Part shown: piece by piece, positions 23,608 to 24,000 of the stretch | Layout: each line of letters begins with the position of its first letter | How positions within the stretch are numbered: position 1 is the stretch's first letter | Assembly (NCBI GenBank): GCA_034428935.1 | Contig: DAOUHB010000015.1 | Span: 14,147 to 38,146, forward strand | Origin: Anaerolineae bacterium | GTDB taxonomy: Bacteria; Chloroflexota; Anaerolineae; JAAYZQ01 | Direction of reading: 5' to 3' | DNA length: 24,000 nt | The notes under the pieces: model-generated | Told to the model about the DNA's origin: nothing | The model's database searches: none | Seen by the model: the letters and a program-made list of their open reading frames with translations, nothing else | Position numbers and translations under genes: made by a program

Positions 23608-24000
23608 ATGCAGCCCAACGGCTATCGAGACGCTCTCAACTATCTCTACAGTTTCACCGACTACGAAAAAAGAGGATTTGCCGCATACGCCCCCGAGTTC
23701 TACAACCTCGACCGTATGCGGCACTTTTTGGCGCTGCTGGGCGATCCGCAGCAGGCGTTTCCGTCGCTGCACGTTGCCGGCACCAAGGGCAAGGGATCCA
23801 CGGCGGCCCTGGTCGAGTCGATCCTGCGCGCCGCCGGCCTGAAGACCGGCCTGTACACTTCTCCCCACCTGCACTCCTTTCGCGAGCGGATACAGGCTGG
23901 CGGGGCCTTGATCCCCGAGGCGGACGTCGTGCGCCTGGTGGAGAGCACCCGGTCCCTCGTCCGCCAGGTGGACGATATCACCACCTTCGAGATCATGACC
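23608..24000 (+). CDS. folC: Folylpolyglutamate synthase / dihydrofolate synthase, N-terminal part (runs off the window end)
   Basis: Not in the ORF track because there is no stop in the window. ATG 23608 gives 'MQPNGYRDALNYLYSFTDYEK...LDRMRHFLALLGDPQQAFPSLHVAGTKGKGSTAALVESILRAAGLKTGLYTSPHLHSFRERI', the Mur-ligase/FolC P-loop and N-terminal pattern. Confidence 0.9.
   Translation, partial: MQPNGYRDALNYLYSFTDYEKRGFAAYAPEFYNLDRMRHFLALLGDPQQAFPSLHVAGTKGKGSTAALVESILRAAGLKTGLYTSPHLHSFRERIQAGGALIPEADVVRLVESTRSLVRQVDDITTFEIMT

Overview
Visibly GC-rich bacterial chromosomal segment (GC not computed). No searches were run, so every family call comes from reading motifs by eye. Eleven intergenic gaps carry near-consensus sigma70-type promoters (TTGACA-N16/17-[TGn]TAnnnT). 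I used these to correct several start codons in the ORF track.

Gene order:
- 3' end of an ABC substrate-binding protein gene.
- A five-gene + strand operon with overlapping or near-abutting junctions: three HAD-fold hydrolases that all lack the Asp+2 acid/base, a circularly permuted homologue of cofactor-independent phosphoglycerate mutase (iPGM), and a uridine-kinase/PRK-family P-loop kinase with an unrecognised N-terminal domain.
- A convergent APC permease fused to two USP domains.
- A decayed locus (DUF3795 stub plus the tail of an E2-type acyltransferase).
- CPBP intramembrane protease, then a GNAT acetyltransferase.
- An eRF1-like (baeRF-type) protein, then an SLC13 permease with TrkA-C domains.
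- A DUF3795 + TIGR04076 Cys-rich gene pair.
- A strong promoter, a ~230-nt structured leader and a 56-aa two-TM peptide that is absent from the ORF track.
- A tRNA-Ser(UGA), tRNA-Ser(GCU), tRNA-Arg(GCG) operon directly downstream of serS.
- A secreted metzincin with FN3 and lectin-like domains, then efp.
- A large polytopic membrane protein ending in a FAM3/ILEI domain, then the 5' end of folC.

No CRISPR array, transposase, integrase or phage gene was seen. The long ORFs antisense to real genes are high-GC artefacts. The most unusual item is the permuted iPGM homologue inside the HAD/kinase operon behind the transporter; this is a candidate undescribed phospho-metabolite pathway.
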